Part shown: in pieces, positions 14,253-26,788 of the stretch
Layout of the letters: every line of letters begins with the position of its first letter
Position numbering within the stretch: position 1 is the first letter of the stretch
Translations under genes and position numbers: made by a program
Notes under the pieces: model-generated
Told to the model about the DNA's origin: nothing
Seen by the model: only the letters and a program-made list of their open reading frames with translations
Database searches by the model: none
Assembly: GCA_040954595.2 (NCBI GenBank)
Contig: CM082576.2
Span: forward strand, 3,632,760 to 3,696,759
Length of the DNA: 64,000 bases
Source of the DNA: Balanoglossus misakiensis
Lineage: Eukaryota; Animalia; Hemichordata
Direction of reading: 5' to 3'

Positions 14253-15866
14253 TGAGAAATACATTGGTGACAATAACAGTGTGATTGAGTGTAAGATCAT
14301 CACATGACATAACACAGTATGAAAGTACATTCAAAGCTCCTGGCGTGGGGCATGATGGTTTTGCCACAAAATACCAGATGTGTTTCATGTGTATGAAACA
14401 TATATTTAAATTCGCCATTTATGAAGGCTCCAACTTCTTGTTAAATCTTATAACAATGTTCTATAATGTTGTTGTTGTTGTTGTTTCCATTTTTTTATGA
14501 ATCATGATATTCATGGAAAGCATATTTTTATTTTCACTGTGTGAAGCCACACCAAATAAGGCAACATAGTGCTTGCTAAGTATAATTCTAATTTGCTAGC
14601 TTTATGTGTCTTGTTTTGTCCAGATTTTTAGCAAAGTTTTTTAGTACATGTAACTTTATATATATACAAATATCCAAAGCATAGTGAACAAAACCTGTCT
14701 GAACTGGACACGAAAGTTCTAAAAAGGTTGTCTTGTTTGCAGAGGTGTTTTATACCTGAAAGGAAAGGGGCAGGCAGGGGTGTTCAGTGTATGTTAGGTT
14801 TCACTGTACAAATTTTAAAGTACATAGGCTACTGTAGTCTCATGTGTTCTGTTTTTAACCTGTGTATATACATCATGAAGAATTAAATGTAAGGATTCAC
14901 TGTTCAAATTTTAAGGCATACGTTTAAGGTACTCTATAATTGTTATCAGGGATACTCTATACTGAAATTAAACACCAACATCACAGTGTTCCTTCAGATG
15001 GTTTTGTGGTTACTGGTGAACTGTGCATCCTTGATACAGCAGCTCATCCATTATTTATATGACAGATGACTTTTCTTGGTGGGGTGTGATGTCAAGTCTG
15101 AAATTTCAATTGGTGTGGATTGTTTTACATGCATTTGTAATGTGTCTTCACAGTTAAATACCTACTTTTTCACAGAACAAGATTCACTCATGTATTTCAG
15201 GGTCAAACCTACAGTAAAAGTATGTTTGTAAGGTTTGTTGTACTTTCTGTGCATCTCCGTCCTTACCTGTTGTGTGGTGTTGATGGAAGTTTATTTGTTG
15301 CCTTTTCATCTACTGTAATTGGGTCTCTCAACTTTGTGCTTAACAAAATCCTCAGGCTCTCATAAGTGTTGTGTAGGGAGTGTTATAGATCTGACAGTGC
15401 TCAACTCTGTTATCTCAAAATAAAATTTTTGTTTGCTTGCAATTGTTGCTTCAGAAAATGGACAAACTAGTACATCTCCATTCTGTTAAAAGGGATGCCT
15501 AAATATAGTGAGTGAGTCACATTGAAATTTCGTCATGGTCTCAAATAATTCATGAAAAGTATAATTAGAAGCGAGGCCTTTTCAGCAGGTTTCTCGGCTG
15601 AAATTTCTTTCAATTTTCTAGTGCAATTTGAACATGTTTTTGTTTGTGGCCATGTACTCTTCAATCGTCAAGTTTTTTAAATTGAAACCCACAGACAGAT
15701 GACAGGGTAGCTGTATCTGTGGTTTATTTATAGATACGGAAGCTGCTCAAGACCGATACCCAGCGGAAACACAACAGTAATGAGAGCACCACTGACCACC
15801 TCTGAACTTCTCTGTGCTGCAGTGCAATGATATTCAGACATTCCCTGAATTCTGTTTAATGTAGAT

Positions 15867-15890
15867 GGGGGGGGGGGGGGGGGGGGGGGG
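15867..15890. repeat. Poly-G run (24 nt)
   Basis: Read directly; between the two sulfotransferase genes. Confidence 0.9.
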
Positions 15891-17866
15891 CACTGATGTT
15901 GTATGGGTTTTCAGATAATTGATTGGCATTAGACAATTGGGGGTTGTTTTTTTGATAGCTCAGGAAATGAGTAACAATTAATTGTATCTCTCATTATCTT
16001 TTTGTGATTATTGGATTTATGTCTTGGGCTGCTGAAGGGGTTAGAGTTTATGCAGTTACAGTAAAAAGAGGTTATATCAATTATCATCGTAAAAGTTGAT
16101 TGGACGGCCTTGTTAAAATTGAAAACGCTGTTTTTCAAGGATGTTCCCAAGACTTGTCAGTGCATGAATTTTAAGCAGAAATCGTGTTTTTGCAAAATTG
16201 GATAAAAATATTAAAATTGCTTTTGTCCAAAGTCCATGAAAACGCTTGTCATGTGATCACTGTATAAATAACAGTTGTGTACTGTACATGGTCAGTTTCC
16301 CCATGAAAATATACTTTTGGCAGTTTAGCACTTTGATAAACTACACTTCCAGAAAATGTCTGTTTTGAATGTTGCATCATTAATTCAAAGTGGAGGTTGC
16401 AATTGCAATTAAACCATCTTTTACATGCATGATTGCTCTGATTGGATATCAACTGTATTCAATTTCCTGTCTTGGAGTATTTTGTTACAGCATTAGGCTG
16501 AGAATGTATCACGTGTCATCCAGCAGTGGTGATGGGGATAGAAAATAGTTCCGAGACCCAATCCCATTCCTACTATTCTACACATCCTTACATTATGGAA
16601 TCGTTCTGTCGACAGTCATTTTTAACTTTTGTAAGTTATTACTGAATTATCAGTGGACAAGTATGAACTGTGTGCTTTTTTCAGTCAGTGAAAAATCGGT
16701 CTTGTTTTGTGATTGTGTTTCCATGTTTCAATGAAGTGTTTGCATGTTACTCTTTTTGCATGGATTTTTTTCATTGTAAACGGGTATTAGTTGTTGAATT
16801 ATTTATGTCTTTACAGGACTGTGCAAATATAAGTGTAATTTTTTTTATTCACATATAAATATATACTTTCATTGTTGCCGTACATTTGTTGTGGCTGACA
16901 TCCCGGTTGTCTGTCTCTTGATTTCTTCACAATAGCTGAGCATTGATCGGGGACCACTTTAGGTTCCAACTCTTATAGGTTTGCTAATGATTCTCATTAT
17001 AAAGGAAGCAAATATTTTTTTCTGTTGTAAAGACAGTTGTTCCCAGCTGACTGACAAAAAATCCCCCCAAAAGCTTCTTGCCCCTTCCCAAGATATGAAA
17101 TACTTGTCGATCTTTAAAAGCATAATTTCGGACTAGGACAGAATAAAACATGTTTGACGATATGATTGTCAAGCTATGGGCGGGCTGACTGGTTCATATG
17201 TAGCCTATATTTGGTCCAATTGTTTGTATAGTTAATGTACGCGTGATACTAGTATAATAAAGCAACTCCGGATGAGTGCATGTACCAGTTTAGAAGCAGT
17301 TCTGTGTACCACACTAGTGTGCGTATTTCGACTACTGAAGAAGAAATTCGGCAGGTTGTACCTTGAAGCTAACGGATCAGATCAACCCTGACAAAATGCA
17401 CAAGGACTACTAACGGTAAAGATTGTCATTTTAATGTAATTTGGGGTCTGCACTTGGGCCACTGGTATGGCTACGAACGATGAAGATGGCCATATCTATC
17501 TGAGATTTAGCCAATAGGACTATTTCGGGACCATTTTTTTGAAGGGCAGGATATTTAAAATAAAAATTCCAGATTTTTTTTAATTTTTGCGGGTAGGCCT
17601 ACTTTGTGGATTTTTGATGAGCGGGGAAGAAATTAAATGATTGGCCACTTGAAGAGGGAAAATTAAGGACAGCTTATAAATAAATTGCCATCTGGATATA
17701 TATTATTTTTACATTTCTAATCATTTTGAATGGTTCAAGTCTTTGACGCACGGTCCGCCAAACCTGATTAATTTGATATATGTTTGTTTTGCTATGCGTG
17801 TCCAGGTATAAATGGTGAATCTGATGTTCCTAGGCTCTATTGTGATCAGCAGAAGCAAGAAGAGGT

Positions 17867-18892
17867 ATGATGGTTCGATTGTCAAACATCAAGCGGCTGC
17901 TGACGTTGCGTGTTTTCTTGATTTTCCTCGCAACAGCACTAACAGTCCTGTATATTATGCCAGGAAAACGCAGCGAACCAACGAGTCGCAATGTCAACCT
18001 ATCTCTGATGCGGCAGTCTGAACAACGGTCGTTCTATAGCAGCATCCCCGTCCAACCCAGCTCCGGGTTGCCCTTGGACCTCAAGAGATCGAGTAACGAG
18101 ACCCGAATCATTTACAATCGCGTGGACAAAAGTGGCAGCAGGAGTGTGATCTACACTATCAGGCGCCTGAACTTTAAATCCAATCGGTTTGCCCACAACG
18201 TCAGCCAAGAGTTTCTGAAACAACAGCTGACCCTGAGTGAGCAGAGGGACTTTGTGGCTGAAATCCACGCATTAAAGCCGCCGTTTATTTTCGATCGGCA
18301 CATACACTTTGTTGATTTTGATCTCTTTGGTGCCAAAGCACCATCATGGATCAATTTGATCAGAGAGCCCCTTCCACGTCTCGTCTCTAGGTATTATTTT
18401 AAGAGATACGGAGATGAATTTCAGCAGGGACCGCGAATGGGATTCAACGGAACTGAAGAAGACATCAATAGATCTTTTGATGACTGTGTCTTGCTGGACA
18501 AGTACGAATGCTCCGAGGAAGGTGCTTTTTTAATAATTCCATACTTTTGTGGACAGGAAAAGGCTTGCCAGAGTCCAAGTCGCTGGGCGCTTGAGAGAGC
18601 TAAACGAAACGTGGTGGAAAAATTTGCTTTCGTTGGGGTTCTTGAAGATATCAACAGTACGTTCCTTGTGTTAGAAAAAATGTTCCCCCAGTTTTTCAAG
18701 GGAATGTTGCAAGTGTACACCAGCAGGCATGGCAGGAATGATCTTACTGTCATATTCAAGACAACATTCAAGAAAGAGATCTCACCAGTTTCCATGGCAA
18801 AAATGAGAGCCCGACTCCGTCTTGAATACGAATTTTACGACTTTGTCAGAGAGAGGCTGGAATTGATCAAGCAACAGTTGTGCATCACATGA
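17867..18892 (+). CDS. UST: Uronyl 2-O-sulfotransferase-like protein, paralog 2 (intronless CDS)
   Basis: 341-aa ORF with N-terminal TM segment and the same YNRVDKSGSRS, RHIHF, REPLPRLVSRYYFKRYGD and PYFCGQ motifs; acceptor tccag near 17805 upstream of the ATG. Confidence 0.85.
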   Translation: MMVRLSNIKRLLTLRVFLIFLATALTVLYIMPGKRSEPTSRNVNLSLMRQSEQRSFYSSIPVQPSSGLPLDLKRSSNETRIIYNRVDKSGSRSVIYTIRRLNFKSNRFAHNVSQEFLKQQLTLSEQRDFVAEIHALKPPFIFDRHIHFVDFDLFGAKAPSWINLIREPLPRLVSRYYFKRYGDEFQQGPRMGFNGTEEDINRSFDDCVLLDKYECSEEGAFLIIPYFCGQEKACQSPSRWALERAKRNVVEKFAFVGVLEDINSTFLVLEKMFPQFFKGMLQVYTSRHGRNDLTVIFKTTFKKEISPVSMAKMRARLRLEYEFYDFVRERLELIKQQLCIT

Positions 18893-19255
18893 AAAAACAT
18901 GGATGATGTAAGATACTATGAAACCATAGTTTAATGCACTTACGAATGCATAATCTGGAATAAAAGTCAAGATATAAAAAGCTAAAAGATATCTTAAAAC
19001 ATCTTATAAAACTCGCACAGAAAGATTTAAAAGAGGACTTTCTCTCGTTTGTCTTGTCCGGTACAAATAACACAGAGGAAAGCGCAACCTCCACGAGCAT
19101 GGACAGCGCCATCAGAGTCAGCATCCCCTGCATCCTTTTGTTTGGTTTTTCCCACAGAATTCTTAAGTATAGGTTGGGGTGTTCTGGGGTGCCACTCATC
19201 ATTGTTAGCCAAAACACTGCGGCAGAATTGAGAAGTTTTATAACAACTTTTTTTT

Positions 19256-22200
19256 TTAAAAAGGGAGGTCTTTTAAGGGTTGTGGGGAGGCAGGAATGCT
19301 TTTATGTTCCTGTGGATGCAATGCAACTTTCTTTTTAATTTTGAACAAGTCTGTAATTTTCTTCTGTTCTGACGTAGATCCATGCGCAATATTTGGTATT
19401 GCTTTGGCAACATCCTCCTCCTTCTTCTCTTTATTATCATCATCATCATCATCTTCATCACCATCATCATCATCTTCATTGGTTAAGTCTACAAAACCAT
19501 CAGCACATGCTTGATAAGCAGCACATCGCTTTCTTGACCCAACTTTTCCAGTCTCAGCCTCTACAGATGATTTCTTAATCATCATGTCCATCATCACGGC
19601 ACTCCTGGATATCTGATATCTGCCTTTTGCACATTCCTTCAGAGCACCACTTCGCTTTCCGGTATCTAACCCCTTCCTGACGTCCTTGGAGGACACCCTA
19701 CTGACCGACTTGACATACCTCTCTATGTCCTTGACGTGTGATCCGTTTGGTTCCTTGAGCTCAACTATGGCATTTCTTATCATCTGCAAAATCTGTGAAT
19801 TCTTGATTGTCGTCGGTTTGGCCGATTTCTTTGGCGACCTCTTTGTAGCTGGGATAGAGAAACAACAAATTGTTTATATTTGTCATTTTGTAAAGATGTT
19901 GTAAAATAGCACTGTTACAGAAGGAAACCTTGAAGCATGGTGAACACTGCAACGGTAGGAAAGCCTGCTGGAAGCTTATTCTTTCTTCCACTGTTGTACT
20001 TCCTTTTCTCATTGGATTTCTTGTACACTATGGAATCATATCACAGCACACTAATAATATTAAATGGAGGACCTGGGTGGTTAACATGACTGTTTATTAC
20101 CTTCTTTCAACGCCCTCTCAGCTTCAATTCTGTCATTGTATAATTTTGTGATGTCCGGATACGCAGCTCTGAACAACTCTGATGATTCCACTGTCTGCAA
20201 AACTTCTGTTTTAAAACCAGAAAACTCTGGAAAATAAATGGAAAGGAGATGATAAGGTATCATTTTATTATAATGGGAAGCCGGAAGTTTGGTGAAGTGG
20301 ACCCAACCGACTACATGTTGTTAGCAGAGGACATATTGCACGCTGACATGCACTTCCTAGTGAGCCATTTCTGAGATGTGGAGCATGACAATGTACAAGT
20401 ACCTACCTGGAACTAGCCACTGAACCTGGAAGCAGAGAACCCAGTGTCTTCTGCAGGTTTTCAGAATCTCAACTGGCCGCACAACCAGTTCATTGAGTGT
20501 CTTACTCCCGTCGATCAGAGCTCTCATCTCAAGTGAGGTGATCATGGGCAGTGTTTTCTCCACTGTCTTCTCGTGCGACCACTTTAGAGTCGATTCCAAA
20601 AACAGCTGCGAGTGGATGATGGAAAATGGTTGTGTTTTGTGCTTTCCAATAAAGAGTTGGTGATTTGGCTTTGGAGTACACCAATTTCACTGGGCTTGCC
20701 ATATATCCCTGGCAAATTAAACTGTCCTGTGCTTTTATGAGACTACATGTAGTACTGTTACCATGGATATCTAAGTACATATACCAGTATGTCCTGACAT
20801 TGACAGAGAGAACCCCAGAACTCATAGTGGATAGTTTCACACATGCATTTTATGATTATACAGTCAAACACTACCCAAAGATCATACAACCGTCCTCTTT
20901 CCTCTAAGAGAGAGCCAGCACATTTGTTTACCATCAAAGATTCTAGCTTTGGTGTAGACCACTGGAATGGTTTTGTTGGCATGTCTTCCTTTGGTAGTAG
21001 GAATTCGTCGATGACATCTTGATCGGGAAAATTGGGAATCTGCACAGCTTTGCTGGAATACAGGACATTTTAAAAGTTAAGAAAGGTGGTAACATCAATT
21101 TCCCAACGTTCTCTTTACACAAACTCACAGTCTGAAAAGTCTCTGACATATTTTCCAAAACACACTCTCTAACTTGCTATGATTTGAGCCAAAATTTTAA
21201 TGATAAGTGATACTCTGTCTGTATCATCCATGACTGGCTATGCCAGCTACAGATGAGTGTTCTCAGACTAATAGTATGTCAGAAAATCTGGATTTATACC
21301 TCTTTATTTTTTCTTCTAAAGTTGGCTTTGGTTTGGCCTGCTTTTGCTTTTTCCTCTTTGGTGTTCCTTCATGCCCAGACACATACTCATATATATCTCT
21401 GGTTTGAGACTGATCTTCAATATGTGATTTGGTCCATGTGCGGAATCTGAAAAATATAAATAGTTCGATAAATAAATAAACACACACGTAAATGTGTATA
21501 GTGATTAACTTCCATTCACCACAAGTTGACCCATTCAACATAATCTTGTTGAAGCTCTTACCTTTCCAGGACATCAATGTTTCCAAATGATTCCATCAGC
21601 TGTAGAGCTTTCTCCTTGCCAATGCCAGGAACACCTGGCAAGTAGTCACAGCCAATCAAAAGCGACATCCCAACTAATTTATTCTGATTCAATCCAAGTG
21701 CTGCCTCTATCTGGTCCATTTTGTAGACATCTACAGTTGAGTCCTTGAAAGGGAAGGGAGGGTACTTCAGTAACCATGCCAGCAATAATGTGAGTTGTGT
21801 GATTGGCCGATTGAAGTGCATGCAAAACAAGACATGTCAATAGCAGCCAATCAGCTCGCATGAATACCGGTTGATGATATGCAGATTTGTTCATTTCCAA
21901 TTCATGATTGCTTACTAAATCATCTGCTTGGCTTTTAGTCTCTACCGGACATTGAATGTTATTCTGGAAACTTGTTCAGCACTTCACAAGTTACAGCTAT
22001 CACCTAGCATGCATGTACATCACCTTTGCAGATGCCACCAAATTCTTGTATACAGTTCTGCCTCCATAGAGAAATGCATCACCATCTTCAGTAAAAATGC
22101 CATCAACAAACTATGGAGAGAAGAATCAGAGACTGCCCATTCAAGATCCCTGGAATGTCGTTTCACTTTTGATGAAATGACAACCATCATTAGACTACTC

Positions 22201-22928
22201 TGGATCAATATTACCATTCTGTGAAAACAGAACACCTGGAGCTGAGAAATATTTACTTACTCCTTCTTTGTTGAGTCTGGCACAAAGAGCTTCAGCTTCC
22301 CCGGCACTCTGGAGATATGCAATGCCCATGTGATCAAGAAGCTCACAACACTGTGGCAGATACAAACCAAATCATATTACTGGATGGGTCTAAAACATCA
22401 GCAAAGAAAGAAGGCTGGCCAAAAGTCTCCAGTAGTTTTCCCCTCCATCATTTGACCACTCTGTTTTATACTCACCTCGTCCAGATACGCTTTGAAGTAT
22501 GACCTATCCATTCTAGGTGCATGGGATTTTCTTTCCCGGGGTCGTCCATCGGTTCGTGGGATGGCCGGTCTGTTGGCCATGGTGTGCCATTTCACTGATG
22601 GCGCCCTGCCTTCGATCACAAACACTAGTTTTATGTCCAATCGAGATAAATTCACAATTCTGTAAAACAGGGTTCTGGAGAGTGGAATAGAGGAAACATG
22701 GTTAAGTGCTATAACACCATCCATTTCGAGTTGATATGATCGATCATACTTGGTTGTGTAAGAGAGTCTACAAACCGACCTTAGATGAGGCCTGGGCGTT
22801 TTTACCGCTGCTAGACTTTCGCACACCCAGGCACTCAAGTCCACTGCAATCGTTTGCCCACGAAGCTCTTTCGCAGGCGTTGGCTTCTTCACGGGCTCAA
22901 GTACTGTCCACAGAGTTTTCACGCCCAT
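19256..22928 (-). CDS. GEN1: Flap endonuclease / Holliday-junction resolvase GEN1 (XPG family), 11 predicted exons, about 663 aa, with C-terminal H15-like domain
   Basis: Exons (minus): 22928-22780, 22674-22476, 22350-22261, 22110-22024, 21743-21562, 21446-21300, 21052-20932, 20605-20407, 20226-20101, 20027-19929, 19848-19256; total 1992 nt, phases consistent. Motifs MGVKTLW, AVDLS, FVIEG, GEAEA, TEDGDAFLYG, GCDYLPGVPGIGKEKA, and chromodomain-like PVEILK...FQVQW...TVESSELFRAAYP. Confidence 0.9.
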
Positions 22929-24361
22929 GTTGTTCAGTAAGGCGATCTACTGGATGGTCTAAGAACTCTATGGAAAGCCCCTGGCGCGTCGCAGCGTCCC
23001 ATCACGTCGAATGTAAACAACCACACGCGCTTTTTTCCCGTACCGGAAGTGTAAAAAATAAAACGCCATCTACGTACAATTTTCATAATCTTCCGTTTTC
23101 ACTCAACAATTAATCCACGCTTTTATAGAGCAGAAACTTCTGCAGGGGCAAATTGTTATGAAGAATATCAGAGTCCTGCGCTTTCATCAAATACATTTAT
23201 TTCTTCAATGTACAACTTTCCATTATCCCAAGTACATGTAGTACAGTACATTGCTGGTTTACATTTCTGATACAGTGTATGGAACTTCTTTCATGATGAA
23301 TAAACAAAAGATAGTCTCCTTTGGTGGGAGACAACATTTCCATCCACGTGTCGGTGTATCACTTGAAAGCTTGGATCCACACTTATTCCACGCATAACCC
23401 CTTAAATTGCAGGTACCTAAAAATATCGCAAATGATAAAATAAAATTTTATATAATTTTACACAATAGGCTACAAGATTTTTCAATAAAAATGGAACTTT
23501 TTTGCAAATAAAAATAACTACAATAGTAAAAGTATACAATACTTGTTATGATAATAATCATGCAATAATCAATACATAAAATATATCATTTGTAATATGG
23601 AAACGGCAGTCTTGTTGATGAATGCTGATAAACACTATGGCGTGTGTGTCTCCCTGTAATCATGCACATGTTCAAAAACAATATAAATTCTGATACTGCG
23701 TGCATTTTCCCCCAGGATATAGCACTTTCAGGGTGACATGCACTCTGCATGTATGCATCTAGTATTTACTCTATACGACATACCATTATAAAATCAAAAG
23801 CAATCATTAAATGTTCAAGAATACAACAAAAAGAGTTGTCTATGTTTTCTATTAGGCAGTTTTCACCTGGTTGAATTTCAGCAGTGATTCATTTTTTTAA
23901 GTACAGGGCACCACTCAATCTGAGAGGAAGGAATGGATTTGCCATAAAAGGAAGAATGCCATCCGAAATCAAGAATCTCTGAGGCAAGATCAGTACCTTC
24001 TTCCCAGTTGAGAGAGTTGCTCACAACGAATTCGCTTAACATGCACCCACTGATATAATTATGTATATTTAACACTAAAATTTCAGATTTATGTCTTGCT
24101 AGTTCTGTATCATATTTATACCACTCCATCATCCATGTACCATATTTATACCACTCTTTAATTATTAGCTCACTGGTATGGGATTACACCCGGCTGGTGG
24201 GATATTATAGTCATCAGTATCTTAATTTTTTTAACACAAAACAAAATATCACAGCATGTTCTTTAATCTTCACTAGCTTGATGTAATTTGATTTTTAGTC
24301 CATGCATCCTTTCCAGTGAGAAGGGATACATGACTGTATATCTCCCATAATGTTTTCTGTT

Positions 24362-26498
24362 TTACTTCTTTTTGTTGAGAATCTTGAATGTATCCTTGGC
24401 AAAGACATACATCATTCCAGATGTCAGCGTAGTCCCTGCTGTCAAATACCTGCAATGAACGGAAAGAATCAGAAATTTTTACGGCATTTTGTGAACAGTT
24501 GCAGTGACAATAGATCTTTTTGACATGGTCTACCTACCATAAGGCATGGAGATATGGATGGTCAACGTAGTTGAAGACTGGTGCTGCCAGTGATGCTGCT
24601 ACTGTGATCAACTGAACATTGGTGTTGACCTGTAAAAAAACAAAAGTGTAAACTATAGAACAAGTGTTGGGTGTCCGACCAGCAATGAAAACATCCCTGA
24701 GCTCAACGGAGTGAAGAGCAGACAACCTGGATGTGTGTTGTCCTTGTTACAATATCTCTAACCAGGAACCATCATTTTTTCAAGCAAATCAAAATATAAT
24801 AGGTGTATGCATGTCTTGATTTAAAAATTAAATGGCACTGTAAGTTGGTTGTTGGATGATTCTGACTCCTCCTTTGTCAACCAGAGTAATTAAATTAACT
24901 GAATTCATTAAGCAGCACTTCCTCACCTTACTGATTAGCAATGGCTTCAGTTTGACCGAGGCATACGTCATATCAAAGTACCTCCTAATAGTGACTGGTG
25001 ATGGTAATGACGCGTACCTCAGATAGAACGAATAGGACAATAGCACTGCATCTCTACCAACAATCAACACTGTCAATGGAACTAGAAACGAAAGTTGTGT
25101 TATGGTTAGATAGTTCTATTTTAACATTACTGGCGTTAAGGGCTGGTTGCATTTTGTAGGACTGAGACTGAATGTATGAAAAATATGGTACTATATCAAG
25201 AAAATAAACATAATACTCACTTGGAATCAATCCCACCATTGTCAGTGTGACTGTCAGAACACCAACAAGCACCTTGTCAGCTAATGGGTCAATTACACTG
25301 CCAAGCACCGATTGCTGACTGGGGAATGCTCGGGCAATGTAGCCATCAAGCTGAAAAAAATAAACAAAATAGCTGATCTCTCATTCTTATTTTTAAATAC
25401 CTAGGCTATAAACTTTATTGATGGTGCTACACATGTCCTCAGTGTTGATGTAATATTATTGATAATAACTAAAGCGCATGTATCAGAAACTGGGCAGGTT
25501 TGATCAATTATCCAAGTTTAATGCAAACCTCATCTCATTATAATAACTGGTAGGAAATCTTTTGTTTATTTCACAAAGTATCAGTAATGAGGACTGTCAC
25601 TCACCAAGTCAGTTATTCCAGCAAGTCCAAAGAGGCAAGTGGCCAAACCAAAGTATTCATTGAGCACAAGGTAACCAAGGATAGGCGACATTCCAATGCG
25701 ACTGGTCGTTAGAAGATTGGGTACAGTAAATATATTCTCTTTCTGTGATCAACAGAAAATAAAGAAATGGGTAATGCATACAAATATATGGTAAATTTAG
25801 TTATATGCCATAATAAACCATCAATAACAAAACATCAGGGAAAATGCACAGTACTACAGCTACATGTCCACCAAAACTCCTGGGCCTTTATGAAGAAAAA
25901 AAACTTTTCACAAACTTAAAATTCCACATACCATTTCCTTAACTTTATCTTCCAGTTCCTCTGCTTTGAGTCGGACTCTTTCTTCTATTTGTTCATATTT
26001 TGCCTTCATTCGCCTTTGCGCTTTTGCAATTTTCTTGGTGGTTTTCTTGGCTTTTCCAGATTTGCAATGAATGGTGTTAGAACTTTGTCGTCTGCTGTCG
26101 GTGTATTTCTCTCTACTGATGACGTACGCAGACGAAGCCGGAAGAAATTCATCTCTACAGATGTGTCTTCTCGAAAGACAACAATACATAGTTCGTGCAC
26201 ATCTACCTTCATTCGATGTGAAATATTTTGATACGCCAGTGGCAACCGAGATGTATCTGCGTGACTGATACAAGTGACTGAAATACCCACAATTACGAAT
26301 GTTGTGTGTGTCGACTGGTGGCGACCTCCATCTCGAAGCCCTTGATGATATCCTACTCTTGTCGTTCAAAATGTCTCGCAAGTGGAACGTAAATTTCGAG
26401 TGCGCAGAGGCCTCGTTACTCGATACAGTAAAACATGATAAAAGCAGCCCAGATCCCCGCGCAAAGCGCACCTTTCTAAAAAGTCCGCTTGCAGACAT
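24362..26498 (-). CDS. CRLS1: Cardiolipin synthase (CDP-alcohol phosphatidyltransferase), 6 exons
   Basis: Exons (minus): 26498-25932, 25742-25605, 25350-25221, 25081-24927, 24629-24538, 24449-24362. Arg/Ser-rich presequence-like N-terminus, [11 protein letters not shown], and CDP-AP motif TDLLDGYIAR...[11 protein letters not shown]. Confidence 0.93.
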
Positions 26499-26788
26499 GC
26501 TTCACGTGAGCGTCGCCATTTTCAAAATAACCTTTTCGACCTCAACCTATACTTTCGAATGCAGTTGTTTGAAACAAACGTTACTATACATGTTTTAACT
26601 CAAGAAACATATTTTAACATTAAAGAATAACTTATCCAAGGCTTTTATATAAAATTGTTAGAAATTACCGTTTACTTTTGTTTTACACTGTTGATACTCA
26701 TTCGTGAGCTTGGCACGAGGTTACAAAGGTCGACAAGGTCAACAATACGGAAGTAACGAGATGCAAATTTTCGCTGACAAGTGACAAG
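26499..26788. promoter_or_regulatory. Bidirectional promoter region between CRLS1 and GNPNAT1
   Basis: Divergent start codons 290 bp apart; YY1-like CGCCATTTT near 26514, E-box CACGTG near 26503, ETS-like CGGAAGT near 26748. Confidence 0.6.

Noticed and set aside
15867-15890. Poly-G run as a functional G-quadruplex
   Set aside because: Isolated homopolymer with unreliable length and no supporting context.
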